Shown in pieces: positions 1 to 13,309 of a stretch of 64,000 nucleotides of DNA (position 1 is its first letter; every line of letters starts with the position of its first letter). The position numbers were made by a program, and so were the translations under genes. Source of the stretch: Rhynchobatus australiae (lineage: Eukaryota). The stretch is from the NCBI GenBank assembly GCA_034780895.1, contig JAUZTB010000068.1, positions 21,215,964-21,279,963 on the forward strand, given 5' to 3'. The notes beneath the pieces are model-generated. The model was given only the letters and a program-made list of their open reading frames with translations, was not told the origin of the DNA and did no database searches.

Positions 1-230
1 CATATCTGAGAAGCTTTCCACATGGCTGAGTAGATGCCAGTGCTGTAACTGTACTGGACAGCTTGGCTAGAGGTGCAGCTAGTACTGGAACAAAATCTTC
101 ATCACTGCAATGGGGCTATCGCCTTGTCCCATGGCTTTTGCTGCATCCAGTGCTCTCAGCTGTTTCTCGGAGTGAAATGAGTTAGTCAAATATTGGATTC
201 TGAGAGGCTGGGGGTCCCAGGAGAAAGCAT
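1..230 (-). mobile_element. Degenerate non-LTR retrotransposon fragment
   Basis: Resembles decayed LINE ORF2 sequence; no intact frame; family uncertain. Confidence 0.35.
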
Positions 231-728
231 TTACTTTCAATGAAGATGACAGAATTTGGACTTCTTATCATACAAGTCTGCAAAATGCTGGGTCAATGTA
301 AATTTCTGAGACTGAGATCAAAAGATTTTTGTTAATTTGGGACATCAACAGTAATGAAACAAATGTACTTAGTTGGATCTAAGGTACAGATCAAGCATGA
401 TCTGAATGAATGGTGGAATTGGCAGAAAATTTCTTCCTATAAAGTTAACGTGGAGTGAAAATTATGGACAATGTCATGCATCATGGCTCTGACCGACCTA
501 CTAAGTAACAGATAAACAGGTTGAATTGCAAAAAGTGTACATGTTACTCTAGACTTCTCTCAGTGGCTGTGAAATGATTTTCATTAGTGATAATAACCTA
601 CATCATTAGCTATCAGTGTTGCACAAAACAGTGCATCATAAATTGTTTAACTGAAGCAATAGCAATAACTGGATTCCTTTATATTTGGCCAAATTTAAGT
701 TAAAATGAATTCCAAAAATTATCTTCAC

Positions 729-923
729 CTGCTTAAGTGCCTGCTCAAGCCGCGTCTGTTTAGACACTGAGAGTTTGCACACTGTGTCCCATCGTATACT
801 CAATTCCTGCAGTTGAACTTTCACCCAGGTTGTATCATCATGGCTGTTCTCAATCAGTTCACGAGCCGACCGTTTCAGGACTTGTACACTACTTGTGCGC
901 TTACCAAGTTCTTTCTGGAAAAC
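729..923 (-). CDS. MACF1: MACF1 spectrin-repeat exon (VFQKELGKR...LEQALKQ), 195 nt
   Basis: Boundaries tag|GTT and CAG|gtgaag; 65 codons closely matching the recalled MACF1 rod; last exon seen in the window. Confidence 0.93.
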
Positions 924-1138
924 CTACAAAAAAAAAACCCGGAATGTTTGTGTGTAAAATCAATTAATAAGTAAAACTTCCAAAAAACTATTTCTTGTAA
1001 AATTTTCAGCACAAATGAAAAAATGTACTTTTTTCAGAAATGAATAGCCATATAGGGACTTTCAGTTAGTAGTTAATGCAAGTTCATGTTAGCTTGTGCA
1101 ACAATGAATGCAATGCCTTCGTAACAATAAACCTCTAC

Positions 1139-1298
1139 CTTGTGGGCATCCATCAAGTTCATCACCAGATCAAGATCTCCGTGGACGGGTTGATCTTCAG
1201 CTAACTGTGGCTCGACCTTGTACAGCCAATCAACTAATGCCTGGAGTGCATCAGTAAACTGCCCTGAAAACAGAAGGGCCTCTTCCAACTTGTGCTGC
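1139..1298 (-). CDS. MACF1: MACF1 exon ([14 protein letters not shown]...MDAHK), 160 nt
   Basis: tag|G and AAG|gtagag; its phase-2 start matches the end of the 170-nt exon upstream. Confidence 0.93.
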
Positions 1299-1733
1299 CT
1301 ATAAAGGATTAGGAAATAAACAATCCTTGATATTTGGGGAAGTTACATCTAAATATTAAGCATACAATTATGAAACAATATCTCACAGCCAAACAAGGTA
1401 GACATTGTTAATATATAACCAGTTTGAAAGCATCATTATTTTCACTTGCATTTTGATGTGATATCATGTATCATCTCTGCAATAAGATTCCAGAAGCATG
1501 AATAAATATTGATAAAGCACACCAATTCTATTTGCAATTATTCTATTTAACAAAATGTGTTAAAACTAGCTTAATTATGATAGACATGTAACAATTTTTA
1601 AACAGAACAATTGCCGGTCATAAGTCATTAATTGCTACTAAATGGTAAGCTAAATGGTTTATCACTTCCTTAAGTTGGAAACCTCACTTGATTTTAATAA
1701 ACAATTGTTAAAACTTTAATTTTTCCTCTTCAC

Positions 1734-1903
1734 CTCTCGACTGATTTGCCACAGACGGTGTCCCATTTGTCTCGCACTTCTCCAAGGAGATTATCCAATT
1801 TCTGACGATCATCTGCATGTGAAGCCTTATCTTTCATCGAGCGGCCCATTCGGATTGTGGTGTCATACACTGGCTGTTTCCCACCCAGCGTTTTTTGGAA
1901 ATC
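1734..1903 (-). CDS. MACF1: MACF1 exon ([16 protein letters not shown]...CGKSVE), 170 nt
   Basis: tag|GAT and GAG|gtgaag; absent from the ORF track, translated by hand. Confidence 0.92.
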
Positions 1904-3569
1904 CTAGTTTAATTTGAAAGAAAACCACAGCGATGTTAGATATAAAAGAGCACAGACTGTACGTCTCTGAATAGAACATTAGATCTCATACTGGCAATCA
2001 CTAGTTTGGTCATTTAAAGCATTCACATTTTTGAGTTCATGCCTGAACATTTAATTGCCACTGGGACTTCTTAGCCCACAGAATTTGGCAACAAATTTTG
2101 TAACNNNNNNNNNNNNNNNNNNNNNNNNNNNNNNNNNNNNNNNNNNNNNNNNNNNNNNNNNNNNNNNNNNNNNNNNNNNNNNNNNNNNNNNNNNNNNNNN
2201 NNNNNNNNNNNNNNATCAACAGTTTTACAAGCAGAATTGATTTTCCAATTAGAAATGTTATATAGATTTAATTATAGTTGCAGCTGCCATTTGAAGAATT
2301 TAATTCTTTCCCTGAATTAACTTCTGAAGAAACCACCCCAGGTTGGCAAAAGTCTTTCTATTGATGAGAAATTGGATTTGATACCAAATCCAATACCATT
2401 TTATTGGGTGGGCACACATTTGTGGGATTAATTGTGCTGATGCCTTTTTGTTGAGGGCATTAGAATGCACAGATTGAATGTCTTCTGGAAGTACATGTTG
2501 TCGGCAGATCACGATGTTGATCAGCAGGTGACAGTGACAGACTCTAGTGCTGTCATTTTGAAGTCAGCTCTGCACCCAATGTTCTCTCAGTCTCACACCG
2601 TTCAGCAGGCATTCAGCGGCAAAGACTCACCCACTAGTGATATTTAAAAGGAAACATCTATGACTTATAGGTTGACTGTTGGTTGATTTCTTTTAACTTG
2701 TGTTATAATTCATAGAGTTTGGTGCTTTATACAGGGTCTTCATGTTGCTAATGTCTGGAGGGAGTAGTGTGAGAAGCCTTTAAACGAGCTCATTTAAAGG
2801 CTTCTGCAAAAACAAAATGTTCACAGAAATTGGTGCAGAAGTTTACATACCCGTTGGATAAAAGCAAGACTAGAAATGAGCAGAAAAGTACACAGTGTTC
2901 AAGCAGTTTGGATAAAAACAGAGGAGCAGTTGGGTGGGCTTTCACAGATTCACTACCTGTCCAGGAAAGATGCTCAGTAGGGAACAATGGGCAGGATGTG
3001 TGCACTCAACAGTGAGATTCTTATTGAAATCCGTCACCTGTTAATGTCACAATTGTAAACACAGAGCAAGGAAAGTTCTGCATGGTTGTACGGTCTGGAT
3101 AACGAAGGTAATGACCTTTTATACATCTAGCAATTTGCCATTCACTGTTATGCAAGATTGGTCACATTTCTTTCTCTCTCACCAGAGACCCGCAGTGACA
3201 GCAATCCCAACAATNNNNNNNNNNNNNNNNNNNNNNNNNNNNNNNNNNNNNNNNNNNNNNNNNNNNNNNNNNNNNNNNNNNNNNNNNNNNNNNNNNNNNN
3301 NNNNNNNNNNNNNNNNNNNNAAAATGAAAAATAGAATTTAGTTTATACCAAACGGGCAGAGTTTTGCTACATGCAGACTTGTTCACTGAAACATACAAGA
3401 AGTTGGCCTCATTCAACATTTGCAAGACAGAAGTCCTCTACCAAACTGGCCCCCTGCTATACAAAACTACCACCAATAATAAAGGTTCATGGTGAGGCTC
3501 TGGAAGTCAGGGAACATTTTCATCTCTCAGGTGTTAGCTCTCAATGAAGGCAGATATCAATGGTGAGAT

Positions 3570-4300
3570 TCACCCCCACTTTCAATGTGCCAGCACTGCC
3601 TTTGGTCAATAGGAAAAGATGTGTAAAGACCTCATACTGAGCACAAAATTCAAGGCCTACCAGACAGCAGTGATCCCTGTCCTCTGAGGTGCTCTGGCAC
3701 CTGGATTACCTTCAGCAGGCTCCTCAAGACACTGGAAAGATACCATCAATGCCGCCTCTGCAAAATCCTCCAAATTCACCGGAATGATGAGCAAACTAAT
3801 GCTCGTGTCCTCTCTTTGGCCAACCTCTCCAGCACTGAACCTTGAATTACATTCAAATGGCTCCAATGGATAGCTGGGTCAACTGTAATCCTGACATTAG
3901 ACTGACAAAATAGACACTTGATACCAAGTTCCATCTTAGTATGCCATGGAGTCCATGCCATGCCAAGAATTACCATGGAGAAAGAGGAAAAGATTCAAGG
4001 ATGTGTTCAAAGCCTCCTTGAGATAATGCAATATCCCAGCAACTGTTTGGATTCTGGGCCTATGACTGTTCAAAGCAGAGGAGTATTTGAGATGGTGCTG
4101 AGAGCCTGGAGCCTCGTGTAAATGACATAAGGATAAACCACCTCACGAACTATCCACCCATCCACCTCCGTAGACACCCACAGCACAATTTGTGGAAGAG
4201 CCCATGGTTCTCCATAATGGCTTCAACAGTCACCCCAGAACCCACAAAACCAAAGTAGAAGCAAGTCATCCTCTATTCCGAGGCTTTGCCCGAGATGATG
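3570..4300 (+). mobile_element. RTE-clade LINE 3' fragment, decayed
   Basis: Frameshifted post-RT motifs: TK-x-K-x-Y-x-AV-x-P, and LE-x-YHQ-x-CKILQIH. Confidence 0.6.
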
Positions 4301-4836
4301 TTGTTAGGTATTTATACATAAAAGATGCTCTTCCCTCCTGCTCCCTTTACAAATTTTGCTTGTGTTATTCAAGTTGTTACTAGGTTTCTGCATTGGTTGC
4401 TTTCAAGTCCACTTATTGGTTGTTGTGGTACCAAAACACACAAAACCAAGAGATTCTTTAGTATGAGACAATCACAAATGAAACCGAGTTCATAATGTCA
4501 AAAGGACCTCAACATTCTTCAGTAAATACTCAAAAAAATTAAATTAGCAAGGGTTCCTGCACCTCCTTGTTTGTCAGCGACTCATCCAAAGTGGGAATGT
4601 TTGGACATCAAACTGCAGGGTAGGATTCTGTTGCATTGGTTGCCAGATTGCGGAAACCTTCGCCTCAGATTAGATAAGAAAAATAGTCATTTTAACGACA
4701 TTCATGAGTGAAGCTGTCTATGGGAAAGGGTACCAATAAAAAAGCATCCTTCTCACCAGAGCTAGATACTGATGGAGATTGTACTTTGATTCTTAAACAA
4801 ATTCAATCTGATTTTATGGAACAACAGTTTTCTTAC

Positions 4837-4956
4837 CTTGTGCTTTGTAAGCTGCAGTTTGATTTTATCTGGGTCATTGGAGATTTCAAGGTCAGTATCC
4901 AGATTGTTTTCTGCTTCCTCCAGCCAGTCGATTAACTTTTTCCAGGCTTCATAGAA
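4837..4956 (-). CDS. MACF1: MACF1 exon ([16 protein letters not shown]...LTKHK), 120 nt
   Basis: cag|TTC and AAG|gtaaga; helix-A tryptophan motif of a spectrin repeat. Confidence 0.92.
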
Positions 4957-5721
4957 CTGGGGTTAAAACAAAATATTCTGAACTAAACTCACTTGGATCA
5001 AAATCAGATGTACAATTCAGGTGAGAATCTGCAATAGGACCCACTTAGTTCATCGTCACAAAATACTTGCACCATTAAAATGTGTTGACAGTCCAATCTC
5101 ATGGAGTTAGTGAATATTTCAAAAACCAAAGGCAGGATAAAACTGGTGAAAAATTCCTTAACTTTTGCATTTATTTGTTTTTTCAGTTCAGATTGAGTAA
5201 AGAAATATAAATATACTCAAACGAATTATCTTCAGTACTTCAGTGTTTGAAAATCACTAATATTCCAAATTATTAAGTGTTTAACAAAATAAACTGCAAA
5301 CAAGTTGTTTTAAGCAAGGACTCCACATTGGAAATCATAATTTTATGATTGTGGAATGCAGATTCTAGCATTCTAGAAAACAATATTTTCCTGTCTTCAC
5401 CACTGTAACAGAGAGAGGGAGGAAAAATTGTCAGGAATATTTCTGAGAGCACATGGAGTGCTACTGATTGGATTACTGAAGTTCTCTCTCTGTTTAGGAA
5501 AGACAATATGGGAAGTTAATAAGGATTAACATAGAGGTTGCCTTGCTGGTCTACTTCTGTCTCTTCACCCTGCTCACCACACTTGCTGTCCTGGTCACAG
5601 GCTTGCAAACAGTTTCCAGGAATTCCCAGGTCAGCTCTAACTCCTTAACAGTAGCAAAAAAGTGCAGAGAGTGGAAAGGCTGGGTTTGTTTTCCTTGGAG
5701 TGAAGGAAGGCAAGGGGTGAA

Positions 5722-5990
5722 CTGATAGAGGTATATAAAATTGTAAGGTAGGGTAGATAGCATCTTTTTCCCATGATAGGGGTATCAAAAGCAAGAGGTC
5801 ATAGGTTTAAGGTGAGAGGAGTTTTAAAGGGGATCAGAGGGGAAAGTTTTTTTTCAAGAACATAGAGAGTGGTTGATATCTGGAACATGCTGCCAAGGGA
5901 GGTGGTGGAAACAGATACAATCACTATGGTTAAGATGCATTTAGACAGACAATTGAATAGGCAGAGCATAAAAGGATGTGGAGCTTCTGT
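5722..5990 (+). mobile_element. CR1 LINE 3' fragment
   Basis: RGHRFKVRG and R-V-V-x-x-WN-x-LP tail motifs; near copy of ~54460-54730. Confidence 0.8.
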
Positions 5991-6289
5991 TAACATGATA
6001 ATTTTTCATGATTTTCAGACAGAAATACACAGTGGCTAGATGAGAGAAATGCTTTCAAATATATCCAACTGTCAACCTATTATACAAAAAGCTAGGATTG
6101 TAGAAGAAGCATTTGTTAACAAAAATAAATGCAGGTCAAGCCTTCTTTCCTAAGCTCTGCAATGAAATAATGCCTGGTACTGCTTGGTTAGTGTTTCAGC
6201 CTTGTTGCATGCAGGTCTGGAAGCAATTTACAGTAAGACTTGAGAGACACTGCATTCTGAGGTACGAAATTACATTATCCAAGAGAGGA

Positions 6290-6860
6290 GATGGATGAGA
6301 GGAACGTGCCATAATTGAAATGAACAGGGATAAAGAAGAGTGCCACTTCAAATAAAGTAGTGTGCTGATGTAAACTGGGAGAGTTGCCTGGATGAGTGCA
6401 GTGCCAAAAGTCTCAAGAATATTGAAATTATCCAAGACAAAGCAGCCTGCATGCTTGGCACTCCATCAACATTCATTCCCTCTACCACTGACGCACAGTG
6501 TCTGCAATGTGCACCGTATACAATGTACAGTGCAGTTACTTGCCCAGGCTACTCTGACAGCAATTTCCAAACCCACGACCTCTACCACCGTAAGAGATGA
6601 GGGCACCAGTTACATGTGAACACCACCATCTGAAAGGTCTCCTCCAAGTTGCACACCATTCTGTTTTGGAAACGCATCTCTGATCCTTTATTGTCACTGG
6701 GTCCAAGTCCTGAAATTCACTCAGAGTACCTACACCAAAAGACTGCTGCGGTTTGAGGTGGCAGTTCACCACCACTTTCTCAAGCACAATCTGGGATGGG
6801 CAGTAAATGCTGGCCTTGCCACTGATGCCAAAATCCTCAAAATGAATAAAACCAAAACAA
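6290..6860 (+). mobile_element. LINE 3' end (CR1/L2 superfamily, second family)
   Basis: Similar to ~53600-53890 and ~55210-55425; ends in gatgggcagtaaatgctggccttgcc...gaataaaa. Confidence 0.65.
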
Positions 6861-8725
6861 AAGGAATGTGGAAGGCTGGGATACTGGATGGGGNNNNNNN
6901 NNNNNNNNNNNNNNNNNNNNNNNNNNNNNNNNNNNNNNNNNNNNNGCGGATATATTTTGAATCTACAGGTAGGTACGTTCAATGTATGAATTACATTATA
7001 CATGTAACACAAAAGTGATAATTAACCAAAATAAACGCACCTCAGTACAAAGAAGCACTCTACCCCCATCAGATGCCGTTCACAGCATCTATACTGAATC
7101 CACTGCATTGTAACACATGAACAAAAGTTCAATGCTTCCAGGAAACTCTGATTCTCTTGCACACTTTCAGACTAATTTCTAGTCACAACATCATTATCAC
7201 GTGTTTTCCTCAATTATAATTCTACATCTTCAAATACAATTCCATTTAATTGTGGTTTCTACTTTGAATGAGAGCTATTTTTGAAGTACATGATATTGGG
7301 GGCCACAACAACACTTTTTTTGAAAATGATCGTTTTTGCTTCTTCCTAGTTTGGAAGAATTGCTGAGAAACCAGTTAAGTTATAGTGGAACAAAAGACTG
7401 TTGATCACAACTGAAAATATTGTCCACAACCTAAAGGAATTAACTATAGATTTTAGCCAAGTGCTGGAAGAAAAACATTTCTATTTCAACCACAAAATTT
7501 GTGAAATGGGCTAAAAGAACATGGATAAAATATTTAAGTGAATTACACTGCTTTTAAGAAACCTTTAAAAGCACTCTTTATAGAATTACTAAACTAACAA
7601 AGTTTCAAATGTTTTGTTATGTTAACCTTGTAGACACACAGATGAGATCATTCGTTTCTGCCTACGGATTAATCCAANNNNNNNNNNNNNNNNNNNNNNN
7701 NNNNNNNNNNNNNNTTTTTGATGTAGTGTTTTTGAATAGTGCAGTAAAGTGACAAGTCACATTCTGGATCTGAAGATGTTCATGATAACATAATAATTAT
7801 TATGTTGGGCTGAATTTGAATAAGCACAATGTAAAGATAATGGGAGAAATACCGAGACTTAAAATCAAAGTTAAATAGATGCAAATATGATAAAAAATGA
7901 AAAATTATCTGTGGATCTTTTAAAAACATTTTGGTGGGCATTACAATAATTTAAATGGTTCTATTACATGGGTAGCTTCAATGAAACCAGAGAGCTTCAT
8001 TGTCCCAGAGCTGTGAGCACATTAGGATTTTGGAGAATACTGAGCTAGCCTGAGTCGATGTGGGGGTTCAAGGCAGAAACATTTCAGATCTTCACCCCTT
8101 GCCTTTTCACACTAAATCGTGAAATATCAGGCATCTGGTAGCACTGGTTATCATGATTTCCCCTGGATGATTGCAGCAACTTTTTCTAATCAACTCTTCT
8201 ACCTCAGCTGTCCTAATTGCTAACATCACTCCCCAGATATGGGCCACCAGTTAGAGACCTGCAAACTGATTGAAAACATTCATGCTGTACATGACCCACC
8301 TCTACAGAGAGCATGTCAAATCCACCTGCTGTCCATTTCTCATCTTAGAACCCTCTATGGAGCAACCGACTACACCAGTGGAAGTGAAGAACGATTTCTC
8401 AAGACCAGCCTAACATCTTATCAGTTTTGCAAATTTTAAATAGTACAAAGACTAGTGCAGCCAAAATTTACCCTCACACTATCCCATTTTGCCGCTATGG
8501 CCCAATGTTACATATTGTGGTGCATCATCCTCCACAGTGTCTGACCACACTGAATTTAGTAAACAAGGCAGCCTTGTGTCTGCTTGTATGCATTGATTAC
8601 ATATAAATGTTAACTCTTCCGTCTTTGTCTTTAAATAGTTAACCAACGAATCTCCCCAGGTGTACTTTTGGTAAATGTCAAAGTAAAAATCCAGTCTCTT
8701 TGATATTGACTTTGATTTTTTATAC

Positions 8726-9379
8726 CTGTTTTGCACGCTTCCTGGCCTCATCAAGTGCCCTTCCTCTCTCAACAGAGCGTTGTACNNNNNNNNNNNNNNN
8801 NNNNNNNNNNNNNNNNNNNNNNNNNNNNNNNNNNNNNNNNNNNNNNNNNNNNNNNNNNNNNNNNNNNNNNNNNNNNNNNNNNNNNNNNNNNNNNNNNNNN
8901 NNNNNNNNNNNNNNNNNNNNNNNNNNNNNNNNNNNNNNNNNNNNNNNNNNNNNNNNNNNNNNNNNNNNNNNNNNNNNNNNNNNNNNNNNNNNNNNNNNNN
9001 NNNNNNNNNNNNNNNNNNNNNNNNNNNNNNNNNNNNNNNNNNNNNNNNNNNNNNNNNNNNNNNNNNNNNNNNNNNNNNNNNNNNNNNNNNNNNNNNNNNN
9101 NNNNNNNNNNNNNNNNNNNNNNNNNNNNNNNNNNNNNNNNNNNNNNNNNNNNNNNNNNNNNNNNNNNNNNNNNNNNNNNNNNNNNNNNNNNNNNNNNNNN
9201 NNNNNNNNNNNNNNNNNNNNNNNNNNNNNNNNNNNNNNNNNNNNNNNNNNNNNNNNNNNNNNNNNNNNNNNNNNNNNNNNNNNNNNNNNNNNNNNNNNNN
9301 NNNNNNNNNNNNNNNNNNNNNNNNNNNNNNCCAGGTCAATGATTTGATCCCGATGAGAATTTACTTCGTTGGCAAAAAT
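8726..9379 (-). CDS. MACF1: MACF1 exon interrupted by an assembly gap (IFANEVNSHRDQIIDL...VQRSVERGRALDEARKRAKQ)
   Basis: Acceptor cag|ATT at 9379 and donor CAG|gtataa at 8726; the middle (8786-9330) is N. Confidence 0.85.
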
Positions 9380-10451
9380 CTGGAAAATAGTAGCAGGTAT
9401 TAGCTAAACAAGAACTGATAAATCAAAACAAATCTCTACAGCTTTGCCCTTTTGTTCTTTCCATTCTCAGGGCCTCATTACAGCTTAGATAGGAGGCACT
9501 CTGCATGTGATTCATCAGTCCTGCTGTATAACATTTGCATGTTTCTCACAGTGGAAAAGACACCATTGCGTTTTATTCTCATTGTTTTCAGAATATATAG
9601 CTGAGATTGAAAATTAAAGAATCAAGTTTTTCTTGGCCAGGACTTCACTTAATGGACATTATTTTTAAGAAAGAATTATATTTTTAAATGTAAGTGAAGT
9701 TCTTCACAAGAATTCGAATGTGTGTGTGTGTTTATATACTTGCCTATATTACAATCATCATCTTTTTTACACAAACCATTAACTACTAAGACATCTTGGA
9801 AGGCCATGAGAAATTACATATTTTCTGATTGTCAGTCTACCTTCAGTGTTCTGAATTGCGGACCAGCTGGGGAGGATGGTCATTCCGATGCTGTACCTAG
9901 TATCAAGGAGTCACCCAATTTCTAGTGGAGGCTGTTGCCCCTGTCAGTACCCTTAGCTTTGAATAAACGATGTATGCATTCCCAACACAGACGAGTAAGA
10001 CAGCACTGATCCCCAGCATTGAAAAATTACCCCACACCCACTTCCAGCAGTGAGGAATTATTCTATGACAATGCCTGGTTTTGATCAGGCACCCCAGACC
10101 CATTATCTAGGAATTGCTTCACCCCTATTCCCTGTATCAATGCAGCCACCTACTTCCAGGCTGCCAGCTCATTCTCATCCCCATTTTCAAGGTAGTCAAG
10201 TCATCATCATCCTCACACCAAGGTGTCACCCCTTTACAACTCACAATATTCTCATCTGCATTATCAAGACAGTAACAGTCCCCAGAATTAGTGCAGCCGC
10301 CACATTCCGATCCAAGGAATTGAGATGAACAAGTCTTGCTATCCCTTAATTCCTTAAGTGAGGTAATTCCTTTAACCATCCTCAATACTCCACAGGTCTG
10401 TTTGTCAGCACAAGCTACCTTCACACAAAATCTGGTGCACAACTTTAATAC

Positions 10452-10607
10452 CTTGTGTTCATCTATCTGGAAAAGGACCGTATCGAGTATTAGACTAGGA
10501 GGAGCTGCGATGTTCAAGCTCTGCTCTGCCTGCGTCAGCCAGTTAATGAAATCTTGTAAAGAATTCTGAAATTCTGTTGCGAGATTGAGAGCCTCTTCCA
10601 GCTTGGT
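10452..10607 (-). CDS. MACF1: MACF1 exon ([18 protein letters not shown]...IDEHK), 156 nt
   Basis: cag|ACC and AAG|gtatta; ATEFQNSLQ matches MACF1 as recalled. Confidence 0.93.
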
Positions 10608-10758
10608 CTGAACAGGAAAAACAGGACAAGTTCAGTAAAAGCCATGAGGATTACAGAGAAACAATAAATACATCAAGAGTGAACAGAGTTTCTTTCTTTA
10701 TTGTAAAGACCCCAGGTTGGAACTATATTGACATTGCTCATGTTGCTGGTTCTCTTAC

Positions 10759-10929
10759 CTTTCTTTCCTCCAGCTTTGTGCTCATCAATTGCCATTTCTG
10801 TTCTAATAATGCCACACACTGTTCAACATTGGATCCTGTAGCATCATCACGGCTACTCAGCAACAGCCGACCTTTATCATGCAAATTCTTGTACATCTCC
10901 TCATTGGCATGGAATTCCCCATATAGGTC
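10759..10929 (-). CDS. MACF1: MACF1 exon (DLYGEFHANEE...KLEERK), 171 nt
   Basis: tag|GAC and AAG|gtaaga; 57 open codons. Confidence 0.9.
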
Positions 10930-11164
10930 CTAAAATAAAGATTTTCTTTGTTTATTAAAAAATAAAAACTTCATGAATTTTTGGCAGCTAAAATGTTACT
11001 ACTTTTAGCGTAATCAACAAATAGTTCCCCTACTCAAGGCTTTACCTCGTTTATTTTAATATTTATTGCAGAAAGGACCATGTGCATATGTGTACTTTGC
11101 GTAGTTTATTTAGAGCAGAGTGCATTGGTAAACATATGCAAGTGACCAATTTCAGGTTGGAGAC

Positions 11165-11690
11165 CGTTTGCCAGAATATTAACTCTGCTTCTCTTGCCAT
11201 GGAAGCTGCCTGACTTGCTGAGTGTCTCTTTCATTTTCTGTTTTGACTTCAGTTTTCCAGCATCTGCAGTTTTTTGGCTGCATTTGCTGTAATTAAATGG
11301 TATCAGGAAAGAAAACTAAAACACTGCAGATGCTAGAAATCTGAAATAAAAACTTGAAACGTTCATTCCACTTCCCTCTCCATAGATGCGGCCTGACTCG
11401 CTGGGCGTCTCCAGCATTTTCTGTGTCTATTTTAGTATCATGAATTGGTGTTTTTCTGTACAAAGTTTTAACGTATAGAAAAGATGTATAAGAAAACAGA
11501 AAACGCTGGGAAGACTCGTCGAGTCAGGCAGCACTTATAGAATTGACTTTGCCAGAATCCTGATAGAGGGTTGCAGACCTGAAACATTGACTGTTTTTCC
11601 CTTCCGCAGATGCTGCATGACCAGCTGAGATTTTCCAGCATTTTGTTTTTGTTTCAGATTTCCAACATATGCATTTTTTTGGTATTCACT
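11165..11690. mobile_element. Cluster of short Penelope-type terminal-repeat remnants in both orientations
   Basis: Several copies of gatgctgcctgacyngctgag...tccagcatttt and its reverse complement; same family at ~19505, ~28113 and ~43520. Confidence 0.6.
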
Positions 11691-12695
11691 TTTTATAATT
11701 TGCACTTCAAGCTCACTGAAAACGTAAATATTCAAATGCCTAAGAGAAAGTGCAGATTACTCCTTAATGCCGCTGAATAAAATGCCATTATCCACTATTT
11801 TATTTAAGTACAACAGGGGATACATTTCATACAAAGGCATGAACAGATTAATATTCCACAACACAGCTTAATTTGGTATAAGTTTACAATCTTTTGACTG
11901 TGTTATATGGAAAAGTCCTTGTGTTCTTTGGATCTTGAATGGGAACTCAAAACAACTTGTTAAATATTAATAAGCACAATATGCTACGAGGTAACAGCAT
12001 GATTACAACATGATTTCTTGGAAAATTAACAAAATAAAAGGGGTAGAAGAAATCAATTGGCACTATTTACAAGTGCTTCATTGAGACCTCTGCAAGTATT
12101 GGTTAGAATTCTGCTTAAGAAATAGCACCGTAAATGACAGATGTAAACCAGAATTACATTATTTGACCCCTGCAAAGGTCCGGTCTTTCAGGAGTAAAGA
12201 AAGATAACAGTTTGCACATACAAAAAGTGCTAGAAATTTGGAACACTTCCACAAATGACACTAAGTCAATTGTTAATTTTTAATCCAAGATTGATACAAT
12301 TTTTTTAACCAAAGGAATAATGGGAAAAGATTGTGTTCTGCCATATATGAGTCTTAATTTCACACACTGACAGAACAGACTCAAAAGGCTAAATAGCCTA
12401 ATTCTGCTCCTATGCTCCATCGTTTTTACTGCCTTCATTTAGTCATTTTCCTGACTGTAAATGGGAATTACAAAGAATGCACCAAAGTTTATTCAAGTGG
12501 CATTTCAGTTTGAATTTAGAAAGGAAATGCAGCACATACAAAATGCCTTGACTTACAAAATTAACGCATTGAAACTCTTTCAGATTACGTTTGGATGCCT
12601 TAAATAAGTCTAATTAAATTCTGTCACATTAAAACTTAAAGGAATGCCACTTGGTTAAACGTTTTGATTGTCAAGCCGTAAGGTAAAGTCATTAC

Positions 12696-12824
12696 CAAAT
12701 GTGCATTGAGTTGTTCTCGCGCCGTCTCAGGTAAACCTCCAGTGGATTTTGAAATTGCCAATTGATTCTCAATCCGACTCAGCCACTGCAAAAAGTCCTC
12801 AATCTCTCCATGAAATCCTTCAGC
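12696..12824 (-). CDS. MACF1: MACF1 exon (AEGFHGEIEDFLQWL...TGGLPETAREQLNAHL), 129 nt
   Basis: tag|GCT and TTG|gtaatg; contains the GGLPETA motif. Confidence 0.92.
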
Positions 12825-13111
12825 CTATGAGATAAGAGGCACCATTCAGAAAAATATAATGACTAACAAAGGTTGTCAATATTTATTTTATCAGCATGAA
12901 ATTTATCTCACATTGACAAGGCATTATCTATGGATTAAATTCAGTTTAAGCATTAAAATATGTTCTTTATTACCCAATTATAAAACAACATCATAAGCAA
13001 TGCCAAGTCAGAACTTGTCATGTTTAAGACCCTATCTCCATCCACCAGTACATTTTTCCAGCATTCTCTCCCTCACTGGCTCCATCCCCACATCTTTCCC
13101 TCATTGCTTAC

Positions 13112-13309
13112 CTGCTGCAGGGCAGCCTCCAGTTGCTGCTCTCTCCCTTCAGTTTTCCTAAGCAGAGACTGCCAACTCTGATTTAGTGTGTCTAGTCGAT
13201 GCTTTAGGTTATTGGCATCCTCCCCTGCACTTGATTCCAGAAGTTCATTCCCAGCTTTATTAACAGTGTCAACTGTTGATTTATGTGCAAGGACATCATT
13301 TTTCAGGAC
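13112..13309 (-). CDS. MACF1: MACF1 exon ([10 protein letters not shown]...LEAALQQ), 198 nt
   Basis: tag|GTC and CAG|gtaagc; 66 open codons. Confidence 0.92.
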
